From positions 448,572 to 512,571 of the IMG/VR virus record IMGVR_UViG_3300028654_000001: a DNA stretch of 64,000 nt. One strand, written 5' to 3'. The translations under genes were made by a program, and so were the position numbers. Below are positions 1 to 11,049 of the stretch, piece by piece. The notes beneath the pieces are model-generated. The model was not told the DNA's origin and ran no database searches. It saw nothing but the letters and a program-made list of their open reading frames with translations. Within the stretch, counting starts at the first letter, position 1; the number at the start of each line of letters is the position of its first letter.

Positions 1-193
1 TGTTAGTAGGATCATCATAGTCAATGTGGTAAGTCTCACACGCTCCGACAACTGTTGCTTCATTTACTAAGGCACCATCCAACCTAGTAATTGCATAACC
101 CTTCTGGTCACGGAACGCATTCAAATCTCGGTCTAATAGAAAGGGCTCCTCTCCAAAAGACACGACTACTGGGGTTGTGAACCTATATCCCAT
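1..193 (-). CDS. holA: DNA polymerase III delta subunit-like, N-terminal part (runs off window)
   Basis: Manual translation MGYRFTTPVVVSFGEEPFLLDRDL...; GEEPFLL resembles the HolA N-terminus; directly downstream of holB. Confidence 0.6.
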   Translation of the reverse strand, partial: MGYRFTTPVVVSFGEEPFLLDRDLNAFRDQKGYAITRLDGALVNEATVVGACETYHIDYDDPTN

Positions 194-196
194 GAT

Positions 197-1147
197 TCAC
201 TTCCCGCAAAACGTAGTTGCAAGAGCCGTTTTGAGCTGAAACCCTAAGTTTATGTAGGCAGACTCATTACGTTCAATCACACTACGGACAGCCACCCATA
301 ATTTGATCCAAGTACTCTGGGGGGCTCTAGCTCTCATAGTTGTTAGGTCTTCTTCTATATCCTGATTGACTACTCGAGACTTATCGACCTCTCCTATGAG
401 CACATCGTGTATGAGGAAGGTCAGAAAAAGAAGAGCAAGAGATAGCTCTTTAGCTAACTCATCGATTGCAGAAAATGCAGAAGGAACGTCTCCTTGGACG
501 CTGCTGTCCAACATATTGAACACACGATCTCTAACTGTGAGGCGGCTCGAACCCCAGTACCTAGTGGCCCGGCCTACCGAACCTTCTCCTAGTCTTGAGT
601 AGACAAGGGCTTTACCGGGATCACTCTCGAACTTGGAGAGTCTCTCGAAAATGAAGGATTCTGGCAATCTACTATAATTGACTCTGCCACACCGTGACCG
701 AATAGTAGGGATCACTCGATCAAAGGATTCTGCCAGCATGAAAAACCTGGATTGCGCTGGTGGCTCCTCTAACTTCTTGAGAATTGCGTTAGAAGCCGCT
801 GGTGTCATCCTATCTACACCATCAACAATGAAAAATCTGTATGGAGCTGAAACTGGGTAGCTTGTAGTCTTGAGCAATAATTCTCGAATCGGCTCAACTC
901 CTATTTCTTTGTCTTCAACAGCAGATACTACTAGTACATCAGGGTGACACCCATTATCCAGTTGTAATAGGTCAGGACTCGAAGCCCCGCGTTGAGCTAT
1001 TAGGAGTTCTCTGATGGTCTCCACCACAGAAAACTTACGACCTACGCCCTCATCACCCACAAGAAGTAAGGGTTTCTGTGCGGAGCCCTCAATGAACTTC
1101 CTGAGATAGATAACGGCCGATTCCTGTCCAACTACGTCACTTAACAC
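197..1147 (-). CDS. holB: DNA polymerase III delta' (clamp loader) subunit
   Basis: DVVGQE, GDEGVGR Walker-A-like, HPD, SNAILKKLEEPP and IPTIRSRC motifs; start moved to GTG at 1147. Confidence 0.9.
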   Translation of the reverse strand: MLSDVVGQESAVIYLRKFIEGSAQKPLLLVGDEGVGRKFSVVETIRELLIAQRGASSPDLLQLDNGCHPDVLVVSAVEDKEIGVEPIRELLLKTTSYPVSAPYRFFIVDGVDRMTPAASNAILKKLEEPPAQSRFFMLAESFDRVIPTIRSRCGRVNYSRLPESFIFERLSKFESDPGKALVYSRLGEGSVGRATRYWGSSRLTVRDRVFNMLDSSVQGDVPSAFSAIDELAKELSLALLFLTFLIHDVLIGEVDKSRVVNQDIEEDLTTMRARAPQSTWIKLWVAVRSVIERNESAYINLGFQLKTALATTFCGK

Positions 1148-1334
1148 AGTCTTCCGGTGCTGGGAGGAGTGATTCGGGCTTGTCTGGTTCAACTGGATGC
1201 AAGACAACACGGACTTGATAGTTCTGACCGCACTTCACACAAACTAACCGTGTTACTTCCTGACCACTTGACCCGAGACTGCCTCCACAACCATCACGAG
1301 TACACCGCATCACGCCAGCTGCAGGATTCATCAC
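1137..1334 (-). CDS. small zinc-ribbon protein
   Basis: CTRDGC...CVKC; overlaps neighbouring genes in operon fashion. Confidence 0.5.
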   Translation of the reverse strand: MMNPAAGVMRCTRDGCGGSLGSSGQEVTRLVCVKCGQNYQVRVVLHPVEPDKPESLLPAPEDCVK

Positions 1335-2011
1335 GTCTTCAGTAACCCGCGATTGACCAAAAACTGAAGTACATCCCCATAAATAGGATTATCAATGAGG
1401 GTACCAGACCTGACGGATTGCTCAGTAGTGGCCAACCAAGTATCGATATCAGCTGAGTTCCAGGACATCTTGTAATAAGACCACCCGACAAAGTAGCTCT
1501 TGATATTCTGCTTAAACTCAGTAGGTATCTCATTCGTCAACCAATACCGGACAGCTATAGTCATCGCATACCCACGCTTTTCAAGCTTAGTACGCCAGAA
1601 GCTTGGCCAAGGTAGCGCGGAGAGAATAGTCAGACCCAGTAAGATCAGCGATGACTTACAGGAGATGAAAGATGTAATGAGGGTTAGAATCAAGAAGGGG
1701 ACAACCAACACTTGAGGTAATAGGTAGGAAATCCTGAACCATAGGGGTTGTCGTTTAGTGTCTAAGAGATGGACCCTTTCATGAGCCAATACCGAAAAGG
1801 ATCCAGTAGGATCCTTTTCATACCCGATCTTTGTCGGAAAATAGACTATAGGGTAATAGGTACTAAAATACTTGGTCATGTAGGTTGGGTTGAAGAATAG
1901 CAACTTACCTAATAGTCTTTGACTCCAAGAATCAGACTTCCAGGCAATTTGAAAGTCGGGGATGAATCGTTTAGTATCTTCCTCAAAAGCTTGGAGATTA
2001 GATTGGTCCAT
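1331..2011 (-). CDS. membrane protein with HExxH (putative Zn metallopeptidase) motif
   Basis: LAHERVH followed by two hydrophobic helices and a downstream Glu (LEKRGY). Confidence 0.55.
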   Translation of the reverse strand: MDQSNLQAFEEDTKRFIPDFQIAWKSDSWSQRLLGKLLFFNPTYMTKYFSTYYPIVYFPTKIGYEKDPTGSFSVLAHERVHLLDTKRQPLWFRISYLLPQVLVVPFLILTLITSFISCKSSLILLGLTILSALPWPSFWRTKLEKRGYAMTIAVRYWLTNEIPTEFKQNIKSYFVGWSYYKMSWNSADIDTWLATTEQSVRSGTLIDNPIYGDVLQFLVNRGLLKT

Positions 2012-2021
2012 TTGTACCTAC

Positions 2022-2267
2022 TCAGAATCCTGCGTATCCGCCCGTGTTTACTGTCCAGGTATGCAGACACTTAATGCACTGGTAAGTCCTGTGATGGGGC
2101 TTTCCCATCACAGGGTTGTTAGCCCCACCAATCACAACTTCAATAGCTTGAACTGAATCACATTGCATCTCCGAGCGACACTTCATGTGAATGATGTTCT
2201 GCTTATTGACTTCAGCTTTGTTTGCTAGCCCGGGAGATGTACCTGCTGGGTCGAATCGATCTGCCAT
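2022..2267 (-). CDS. small zinc-ribbon protein
   Basis: CRSEMQC...YQCIKCLHTW. Confidence 0.55.
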   Translation of the reverse strand: MADRFDPAGTSPGLANKAEVNKQNIIHMKCRSEMQCDSVQAIEVVIGGANNPVMGKPHHRTYQCIKCLHTWTVNTGGYAGF

Positions 2268-2278
2268 TTGATCTAATC

Positions 2279-2665
2279 CTAGTATGATGTTGGAAACTCT
2301 ACAGTGAAGATCCCATTCAATGTATCCAAGATACGCTTATAGAGGGGATCCGTGATGTCAACGATTGATGCATCAAACACCTGATTAGAGGGGGTGAAGC
2401 ACCAACTTGACTCAGGAACAATAGTGGTATCAAAACTACCATCACTCAAGTAAGGAATGATCTTTACCCAATCATCCCACCTGACTATTACACTGAACAG
2501 ACCAGGGTTGAATACCCGGACATAGGGAACATCATTGAGTACACCTTTGGTAACCGAAGCCTGACGGCGGAAGTATGCCGTCATGGCTTTTGCTAACTCA
2601 GGAGTCTCTCGACGAGTCAGCCTCTCTGGGCGTTGTCCTGCAATGTAGAACAGCCTTTGATCCAC
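2279..2665 (-). CDS. hypothetical protein
   Basis: 128-aa ORF in a tightly packed minus-strand run. Confidence 0.6.
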   Translation of the reverse strand: MDQRLFYIAGQRPERLTRRETPELAKAMTAYFRRQASVTKGVLNDVPYVRVFNPGLFSVIVRWDDWVKIIPYLSDGSFDTTIVPESSWCFTPSNQVFDASIVDITDPLYKRILDTLNGIFTVEFPTSY

Positions 2666-2695
2666 ATCGTGGTGGATAGATAACTAATTTCGTAC

Positions 2696-4342
<1,647 letters not shown>

Positions 4343-4355
4343 TTAATCCTCAGAG

Positions 4356-4739
4356 CTACGTTTTATGAGACTTGTACACCGCTTCAATTTCCGCGGGGTC
4401 GAGATCAGGAATCTCTTCTGTCACGTAAGTTTTCGAGTAAACTAAATCGTGAACCCGTTGAGGGTTCAGGTCCCCTCGTCTTCGAATCCAAGGGCTAGAA
4501 TCAGAAAGATTGCTGGTACGAACCTCCAACCAACCAAGAAGATTCAGTAAAGCTAATTGGGTGGTTAGTGCAACACTTGACCATAATTCGACTTGTTGAT
4601 CATCAATTATTGACACAACCCATTGTTTTTGGTCTTCGGTTGAGTTTACCTTGAAACCCCAGCCGGCTGGCAATCTGATAGTAATCTCTTGCTGAAGACG
4701 ATCAGCATCCCAACTTGAAGCATCAAAGCCTAGCGACAT
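4356..4739 (-). CDS. hypothetical protein
   Basis: 127-aa ORF, co-oriented and packed. Confidence 0.55.
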   Translation of the reverse strand: MSLGFDASSWDADRLQQEITIRLPAGWGFKVNSTEDQKQWVVSIIDDQQVELWSSVALTTQLALLNLLGWLEVRTSNLSDSSPWIRRRGDLNPQRVHDLVYSKTYVTEEIPDLDPAEIEAVYKSHKT

Positions 4740-4742
4740 CAG

Positions 4743-5297
4743 CTAGGCTTTAATACACCAGAAGTCTAGCCCCAGAATGTACTTCGGGGGCACTGTTTCA
4801 ACAAGCCAGACTTGGTTAGTGGATACGCGAAACAAGTATCCTTCCAGAACCATCTCTCGAGCTTGAACAGTGAGAACCGCTGGCTTGGGTCGCCGCTTGG
4901 TGGCTATTTCTAGGGCTTTGTCCTTGTTAGCAAAGAGATGAACATCGTGACGGTCCATCTTCAGAAGGCCCTTCTCCCTTATAGAATCGAAGTGATTCTT
5001 GGAGGTCCCATGATACAGAAACTCTGGGGGCTCTGAAGCTTCGTACTCGAGGTCTACCTCGATCGAGTGACCCTGACTTGCACGAATCCTCTTCTGATCT
5101 TCGCTGAACTCGAACCTTTTCTTGTCGTTCTTCGAGACTACCTCAGTCAAATCGAAGAACGACCAGCCCACTGCCTTCAGGAGCTCATTCACTGAGGCCC
5201 AGCCGGCCGAGTCCAGAGCAAGCCCAACTTTACCAGGGTTGTGCCGGAGGATTAGGCTCAAGTACTTGCTCTTCTTGACTAATGACTTAGCATCCAT
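4743..5297 (-). CDS. kptA: RNA 2'-phosphotransferase Tpt1/KptA
   Basis: SKYLSLILRH, DKKRF, IRASQGHS, LYHGT, GLLKMDRHDVHL, NQVWL. Confidence 0.95.
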   Translation of the reverse strand: MDAKSLVKKSKYLSLILRHNPGKVGLALDSAGWASVNELLKAVGWSFFDLTEVVSKNDKKRFEFSEDQKRIRASQGHSIEVDLEYEASEPPEFLYHGTSKNHFDSIREKGLLKMDRHDVHLFANKDKALEIATKRRPKPAVLTVQAREMVLEGYLFRVSTNQVWLVETVPPKYILGLDFWCIKA

Positions 5298-5331
5298 AGG
5301 ATCTCAGACATTCTTATTCCTTGGGCCTAAC

Positions 5332-5574
5332 TTAACTCCAAGCTTTCAACCTATGAAAGACAAACGACTCTTCTCCATACTTGTTCCAAGCGGATTGAAG
5401 ATGAGGTGAGTGATGCCTCCCACTCCTGAGTAGATGAACATGTAAAACCCATCTTTTCCTGAAGTTACTAGTGCTACTTACATAAAAGTTGTGATTCACC
5501 TTATTGTGAATCACGTACACACCACCAAGAGGTAGAGGATCTTCTTGGTACGTCTTGTAGCACTCACAGGTCAT
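5332..5574 (-). pseudogene. truncated GIY-YIG homing endonuclease
   Basis: GVYVIHNKVN..FYVSS..RKRW..H..LQSAWNKYGEESF, then stops early; YIG glycine lost. Confidence 0.65.
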
Positions 5575-6134
5575 CGATTACGGGACTCCTGAAGCATTCT
5601 AATGAATAAAGCCCCTTGTTCTACGGCATCATCCAATGCAACATGAGTGTGCGGAGGAAGCCCCTCAAACCACCTTCGAGGCATGGTCTTCTTCGTGGTT
5701 CCTCTAAAGTTGGTCTTTAGTAGTGCCATAGCGAAGGTTTTCATATCCAAAGCTGAGAAGCTGAAGATACTAGTACCTAGGAATCGCACCAAATACCAGT
5801 GGACGAACTCAAAGTCAAACCCAGCCGGATATCCGACAAAAACAGGACTCAACTTAATACGTTTTACCCAATCAGCATACATGCTCATAGCCTCCCTTGG
5901 GGGAACAATAGCCTTCCGGCATTCAGCCCATTGCTTCGGACGCTCGCTCCACCATTTCATAGTGTCAGGGTGTCCAGAAGCTTCAGGGAGGGTTTCAAGG
6001 TTTACAGTGAAAGTACTCACTAAGTCCCCGTTAGCCCTGTAAGCTGCTGCCCCAAGACTAAGCATTGAATGTGGACCTGGGATAGGCCCGTCGGTTTCCA
6101 CATCGGTGGAAACATAGATTTCGTCATTATACAT
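5571..6134 (-). CDS. DEDDh 3'-5' exo(ribo)nuclease
   Basis: STDVETDG (ExoI), AGFDF (ExoII), HVALDDA (ExoIII). Confidence 0.85.
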   Translation of the reverse strand: MYNDEIYVSTDVETDGPIPGPHSMLSLGAAAYRANGDLVSTFTVNLETLPEASGHPDTMKWWSERPKQWAECRKAIVPPREAMSMYADWVKRIKLSPVFVGYPAGFDFEFVHWYLVRFLGTSIFSFSALDMKTFAMALLKTNFRGTTKKTMPRRWFEGLPPHTHVALDDAVEQGALFIRMLQESRNR

Positions 6135-6151
6135 TTTCCCCTCAAATACAC

Positions 6152-6181
6152 CAAGGGCTCCGATTCACACCGGAGCCCTTG
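6152..6181. terminator. 11-bp hairpin downstream of VWA gene
   Basis: CAAGGGCTCCG-N8-CGGAGCCCTTG; U-tract weak. Confidence 0.5.
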
Positions 6182-6193
6182 ACTATCACCTTA

Positions 6194-7633
6194 CTACCAC
6201 TGATTAATTCGACGCTTTGATAGGCTACCCTTACTCTCCACCTTGATAGGTTCAGGAGGGGTGATCACCGGAGTATTCACTACTGGATCCGGAGCCACGA
6301 AGTTGGATACCATGGCTTCCTGAACGTAGTTCATCCCGCCACCATAACCAGCATCCTTCAGTACAGCTGAATCCTCCACAGCCAGACCAGAGGTACCAAC
6401 CCGACGGCGCATGGCATTATGTAAACCCAATCGATTACCACCACTGGAAGAATACTGATGGGAATCCACGTACATGCCTTGAACGTGAGCTGCAACCGCT
6501 GCAACCCCAACGTGACCTCGGTCAGTCAAACCAAGCCCGTCGAACATACCTCTGGCCGCAGAGAAGTCACCTCGAGTAGCAGCTTCTTCCGCTCGAGTCT
6601 GAACCTTGACCAACTGGGCTCGTGCCACCAACTCGTCAACAGCTTTGGTTGGAGTCGTCTGCTCCTCCCCAGGCTTCACGAACTGAATCTTGGCGTTAAC
6701 CTCTTCGTTCTTCTGCTCAAACTGACCATCATAACCTAGAACCTTATAGGCCAGCTTCAGACCAATAGCATTAACCTGACGCGGACCCGGTTGCTTCTGA
6801 GTAGCCAGCTTCACCGCGATTACGACGTCCATAGTCTCCTCAGAAAGGATCTGAGGGATCTTAATCAGGGCTTCGCCAGTGGTCTCTTCCTCCACCTCGA
6901 GGTCAGAGACGACCTCGATAACCTGGTTGCCATTATGAGGGGCTACCTCGATGGTCAGGTTCTGAGCATAGCTGCTCAGCAGCCCACCAAGCTCCTTACC
7001 GAAGGCCGCGAGGGCATCATCTGGGTTCTGAACCCAGGCAAAGTTACCCTTACCCTTCTCAGCGAGGTTGGACAGCAGGGAGTGCACAACATCCTGACCG
7101 TAACCAAAAGCGGAGACAGTTGCTCGACCCGCTTGCTTCTCAACCAACGTACAGATTCCATCTGCGTTGGTCACCCCGTGCGTGGGTTGCCCGTCGGTGA
7201 ACATGATCACTCGAACGAGGGTGGTAGTCGACACATCGAGCTCATTGGCAGTCTTAAACCCAAGGAGCATCCCATCTGAGAAATTGGTGCACCCTTGTAC
7301 CTGGTACTGATTGATGATGCTCTTAGCCTTAGCTTTGAACTCAGCTGTCACCTTTTCAGGTGGAAGATCGACCTTGGCCGTATCAGAAAAGCTCACCAAG
7401 CCAAAAGTATCTTCACTAGTCAGATTCTCAACCATCTTGTGGAGAGAACGCTTTGCATACTCGAGCTTGCTACCCCTCATCGAGGTTGAAGTATCGAGGA
7501 CTGGGATTATGCAGAGTGGGGGCCGTTTAGCCTGCCAATCACTTCGCGGGGCCGTAAGGCTCAAAACGAGGTGAAGGTTATTGTCTTGGTCAAAACGGAC
7601 TTTTTCAAATGTAAATTGGGGATTTAGTTTCAT
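6194..7633 (-). CDS. von Willebrand factor A (VWA) domain protein
   Basis: MIDAS DTSTSM, GCTN, FTDGQP, FGYG, LAEKGKGNF. Confidence 0.9.
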   Translation of the reverse strand: MKLNPQFTFEKVRFDQDNNLHLVLSLTAPRSDWQAKRPPLCIIPVLDTSTSMRGSKLEYAKRSLHKMVENLTSEDTFGLVSFSDTAKVDLPPEKVTAEFKAKAKSIINQYQVQGCTNFSDGMLLGFKTANELDVSTTTLVRVIMFTDGQPTHGVTNADGICTLVEKQAGRATVSAFGYGQDVVHSLLSNLAEKGKGNFAWVQNPDDALAAFGKELGGLLSSYAQNLTIEVAPHNGNQVIEVVSDLEVEEETTGEALIKIPQILSEETMDVVIAVKLATQKQPGPRQVNAIGLKLAYKVLGYDGQFEQKNEEVNAKIQFVKPGEEQTTPTKAVDELVARAQLVKVQTRAEEAATRGDFSAARGMFDGLGLTDRGHVGVAAVAAHVQGMYVDSHQYSSSGGNRLGLHNAMRRRVGTSGLAVEDSAVLKDAGYGGGMNYVQEAMVSNFVAPDPVVNTPVITPPEPIKVESKGSLSKRRINQW

Positions 7634-7809
7634 GGGGCACTTTCGCTAATGCAATGGGTTTTGCTTCAGATGTGGAACCTGGACAGTGGTTCCCAAATCC
7701 AAAACGATCCGATTACGTCCGCGACTTTGCCCAAACCCCTCAGGGTGCGACTAGGTCGATTCAAGAGACCCAAGCGTGAGCGCGGTCTCGGTACTGACTA
7801 TTACACCAA

Positions 7810-8088
7810 TCATGTCTTTGGCAAGACCAGAATTAGCTCTTCAGCTTCAAGAATAGCTTTGGCCACACAGCCAATGCAATAAGGTTCCATGGCTGATGAC
7901 TCATTGGTAACTTGAAGGAGAAGAAATTTCTCACCCTTTCGAATGTGAATACCACACTCGTGACAACTTGTGTCCCAAGCTATGACTTCAGTAAGACCTC
8001 TTCTAGTAAGCATGAGGTACCTACTAGGAAGAGTCTTAGAAAAGAAAAGGTGGGCTCCCCACCCATGGGAAACCCCACCTACTTGCAT
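7810..8088 (-). CDS. hypothetical zinc-binding protein
   Basis: CHEC...CIGC; coupled to upstream HNH stop. Confidence 0.45.
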   Translation of the reverse strand: MQVGGVSHGWGAHLFFSKTLPSRYLMLTRRGLTEVIAWDTSCHECGIHIRKGEKFLLLQVTNESSAMEPYCIGCVAKAILEAEELILVLPKT

Positions 8089-8651
8089 TATGCCGCGTTA
8101 GAAGTCACTAGGTAGTAACCATTGCCATGAGGTTGAGCTTTTGCCCAATCAAGGTAAGGCTCCCACACGGGCGGGATTTTACCTGCTTCGATAAAGACCG
8201 CATGAAGGGGGAGAGCGTGTGGTCGAGCCGGCTTCCTAAGAAGCTTCATACCGGCTTGCTCAGGTGTCCTGCCTGCTTTTCTCTCATTGCAAGGATAGCA
8301 GCACGTGGCAATATTATCCCAAGTAGTGACCCCACCTTGCTTCCGAGGGATTACGTGGTCGTAGTTCAGTTCACGCATGGTGAACCTCTCACCACAGTAC
8401 TGACACTTGAAGCCATCACGGGTGAAGATATTGATACGTGAAAACTTGACACCCTTCTTCATCGTGGCAACCGCGTGTTTAAGCTGAGCTACCGCTGGAA
8501 TGAAGTATGATATCGATGGGGAGCTGATGATCTCATCATACTCCTCCATGACTGTTACTTTACCTTGGTAGGCCAGGCAGATCGCGTCCTGCCAACAGAG
8601 GATTGCATGAGGCAAACCCCAAGAATTCAAGAGAAGTGTTCGAGTTTCCAT
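8088..8651 (-). CDS. HNH endonuclease (McrA-like)
   Basis: FSRINIFTRDGFKCQYCG, DHVIP, WDNIATCCYPCN..KAGRTP. Confidence 0.9.
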   Translation of the reverse strand: METRTLLLNSWGLPHAILCWQDAICLAYQGKVTVMEEYDEIISSPSISYFIPAVAQLKHAVATMKKGVKFSRINIFTRDGFKCQYCGERFTMRELNYDHVIPRKQGGVTTWDNIATCCYPCNERKAGRTPEQAGMKLLRKPARPHALPLHAVFIEAGKIPPVWEPYLDWAKAQPHGNGYYLVTSNAA

Positions 8652-8703
8652 TGTGCACCTTTACCTTCGCCGTCTCTTTTTCATGGCTTTCTCCACTAAC
8701 AGT

Positions 8704-9318
8704 TTACAAACCATCGATAGCACTGGGTTCAATAACCGAAGCAGGCCTAACTGCACGGCGAACCACTACAAATCCGTGTCTTTGTGCAACTAGATCCTTA
8801 GCTTGATCCACTATACACTGTTGGCTCCCAGAATGGTAGGGGCCGTCGAACTCCACGAGGATGTTAGCATCAAGTAGAGCCAGATCAAAAACATAAGACT
8901 CAAGTTCATATTCGAACTGATGAGGCCTACCCACAAGATACCCCTGAAGAGCCAGATACTTCCAGCCTTCCCTCCTACGAAGGACTTCTTCTTGGCTCAG
9001 CAAATTACCAACTTGTTGGAGTCCGCCTTGACGTTGAGCCTCACGTCGCTCTTCGCTCATGCTGTACCTACTGGAACAAGAGGGCGAACAATGCCGAGCA
9101 GCTTTCTCTTTGAGTGTAGTAGTGAACCTATTACCACAGGGGCAAGTCAGAACTACCTCAGCCTTTCTGGTCCTCAAAGCCGCATACAACCCAGAACAAG
9201 TAAGGTTGCAGAAGTGTCCTGACCCCTTCTTGTTGGACCGGTTGATCTCTCGATTCTCTTTAGGGAATGGTTTTCCGCAGTAGGTACAACTAACAATACT
9301 CGTCGCCATCGTCCCCAC
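8704..9318 (-). CDS. zinc-finger + DUF559/Vsr-like endonuclease next to tmRNA 3' end
   Basis: CTYCG..FCNLTC repeats then FEY, FDLAL, VEFDGPYH, DQAKD. Confidence 0.7.
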   Translation of the reverse strand: MGTMATSIVSCTYCGKPFPKENREINRSNKKGSGHFCNLTCSGLYAALRTRKAEVVLTCPCGNRFTTTLKEKAARHCSPSCSSRYSMSEERREAQRQGGLQQVGNLLSQEEVLRRREGWKYLALQGYLVGRPHQFEYELESYVFDLALLDANILVEFDGPYHSGSQQCIVDQAKDLVAQRHGFVVVRRAVRPASVIEPSAIDGL

Positions 9319-9363
9319 TACACCAAGGTGGAGACGATGGGACTTGCTAATTGTGGAGGTGGT

Positions 9364-9710
9364 TGGAAGTGCGGGGAATCGAACCCCGGTCCTTCAGTCG
9401 TCTGAGATCTCTTTCATTCACGTGCGTAGTTGCCACATCCCTGGCAACTGAGTTCGTGGATTCGGCCTACGACCTATTCTCCTGTTGATTTCATCAGAGG
9501 CTCCGGTGACCCGAGCCCCAAACTATCCCTAGTGGTTGGCAATCTTACCCGCTACCAAGACTATCTCGCGGAAGATCGGCCACAGTTACTCACGCAACCG
9601 CAGCATATGCGTTATCGTTCGCAATCACGTTTGCTTGATTGATCAAAGCGGGTCAAGCACCGCTTACACGCAAAAGATCCTTCCTTCCAAAGTCGAAACC
9701 TATCACTCCC
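9364..9710 (-). ncRNA. ssrA: tmRNA, tag (A)ANDNAYAAVA*
   Basis: 5' GGGAGTG-ATAGGTTTCGAC; 3' GACCGGGGTTCGATTCCCCG-CACTTCC-A with G3.U70; tag ORF 9622..9590. Confidence 0.95.
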
Positions 9711-9721
9711 ATACAATGACA

Positions 9722-9750
9722 CGTATACACCTGCTTTCTCCTAGGGTCAA
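9722..9750 (-). promoter_or_regulatory. sigma70-like promoter for tmRNA
   Basis: TTGACC-17 nt ending GGTG-TATACG. Confidence 0.7.
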
Positions 9751-9795
9751 CAAAAAGGTCAAGCACCCAAGCTTTTGACCAGGGTGCCTGATAAC

Positions 9796-9972
9796 GGTGA
9801 GGGAGATCAGATTCGAGATATGGCTTCAGTCTAAACTGGTAGTCGACTTAGCGGCCCTTCAACTCGAGCAAAAGTTGCCCTGATCCAGGTTTGAGTGCAA
9901 TTAGTGGACTCCACGCAGAACTGATTCCGTACCAATGCCTCTCAGCATAAATTTTGTGGGGCCTCTCTCACC
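9796..9972 (-). ncRNA. candidate rod-shaped structured RNA
   Basis: Non-coding gap; terminal pairing GGTGAGAGAG/CTCCCTCACC plus nested inner stems. Confidence 0.45.
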
Positions 9973-9994
9973 AACAAGGTCTCGCGACCTTGCT

Positions 9995-10534
9995 CTAATC
10001 CGACACCTCAGTGATGAGGGTCGAATCAAAGTCCAATTCGATCTCCGTAGCATTAGCCGTAGCTATCGCCGCCCGGAGACGTCCAGCCTTCCTCGCCAGT
10101 TTTGACGAGAGAGTGGCTGCATCCTTCTGGCTGATCTGAGCCTCAGCCCGTTCCTTAGTCGGGTCTCGCTCCCGATCTGAGTCATCGTAGCCGTACCGAT
10201 CCTTCTTCGGGGAAGCGACCGACCGCCACATCTTCTCGGCTCGAGCCAGACCCCCAATCATCTTGACCGCTTGGGTCAAAGAGATCTGGGAGCCGTCAAC
10301 AGTCAGGAATACCTTAAGGTTATACTCGGCTTGGACGGTTTGAAGCCTGGCAACAGCCAACTCAGAGGCCAGGAAACGGTCAACCACTTCCTGGGGCTTG
10401 TCCTTCAACCCCTTCTCGATCTCACTCGGGAAAGCTCGGAGGGTTCGATCAAAGCCGGTTGCCGCCGCACTTGACCGAAGTTCGTACTCTTTGATCGCTT
10501 CTCGAAGAGTGTATCCTGAAACTTTCATCTTCAT
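9995..10534 (-). CDS. DIP1984/DUF6847-like coiled-coil protein
   Basis: TLREAI N-terminus, ISLTQAV, C-terminal LRAAIATANATEIEL pattern; own TTGACC-17-TAAAGC promoter. Confidence 0.55.
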   Translation of the reverse strand: MKMKVSGYTLREAIKEYELRSSAAATGFDRTLRAFPSEIEKGLKDKPQEVVDRFLASELAVARLQTVQAEYNLKVFLTVDGSQISLTQAVKMIGGLARAEKMWRSVASPKKDRYGYDDSDRERDPTKERAEAQISQKDAATLSSKLARKAGRLRAAIATANATEIELDFDSTLITEVSD

Positions 10535-10589
10535 ACCATCCGATTGTCGGTGCTTTACACCGGAAATAATCAAAGGTCAATACATTTTG

Positions 10590-10662
10590 TGAGAGACATG
10601 GGACTCGAACCCATCATCAACGCCGTGTCACAGCGTGCTCAACACCCGTAGAGAGGTCTCCC
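10590..10662 (-). tRNA. atypical tRNA-Val(GAC)
   Basis: Acceptor GGGAGAC/GTCTCTC, T-arm ATGGG-TTCGAGT-CCCAT, loop GT-GAC-AC; non-canonical D arm, C8. Confidence 0.6.
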
Positions 10663-10672
10663 ATAATGAGCA

Positions 10673-10749
10673 TGGTAGGTTCACTCGGGTTCGAACCGAG
10701 AACAACCCGGTTATGAGCCGGGGGCTCTGACCAATTGAGCTATGAACCT
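10673..10749 (-). tRNA. tRNA(CAT), probably Ile2 (lysidine type)
   Basis: Canonical cloverleaf, loop CT-CAT-AA, AGG acceptor, CCA encoded. Confidence 0.85.
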
Positions 10750-10754
10750 GCTAG

Positions 10755-10825
10755 TCCGAGTGCCCGGGATTGAACCGGGAGCAGAGATTTATAAGAACTC
10801 CTGTGGCTACCAGCCCCACACCCGG
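10755..10825 (-). tRNA. tRNA-Ile(TAT), atypical
   Basis: Acceptor CCGGGTG/CACTCGG, loop CT-TAT-AA, T-arm CCCGG-TTCAATC-CCGGG, short D loop. Confidence 0.7.
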
Positions 10826-10882
10826 AGAGGTGTTTGATGGTAGCCATCGTATCTTGAACATAACACTAACTCCTTGTTGAGT

Positions 10883-10970
10883 TGGTGCACCAGAAAGGAA
10901 TCGAACCTTCACGAGTGTAACCTCTCCAGATCCTAAATCTGGCGCGTCTGCCTAGTTCCGCCACTGGTGC
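10883..10970 (-). tRNA. tRNA-Leu(TAG)
   Basis: Type II cloverleaf, loop TT-TAG-GA, CCA. Confidence 0.95.
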
Positions 10971-10972
10971 AT

Positions 10973-11049
10973 TGGTAGCCCCGATACGACTTGAACGTAC
11001 AAAACCTCCCGCTTGTAGGGCGGGCGCTCTACCCTTGAGCTACGGGGCC
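10973..11049 (-). tRNA. tRNA-Val(TAC)
   Basis: Loop CC-TAC-AA (C33), CCA. Confidence 0.9.
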
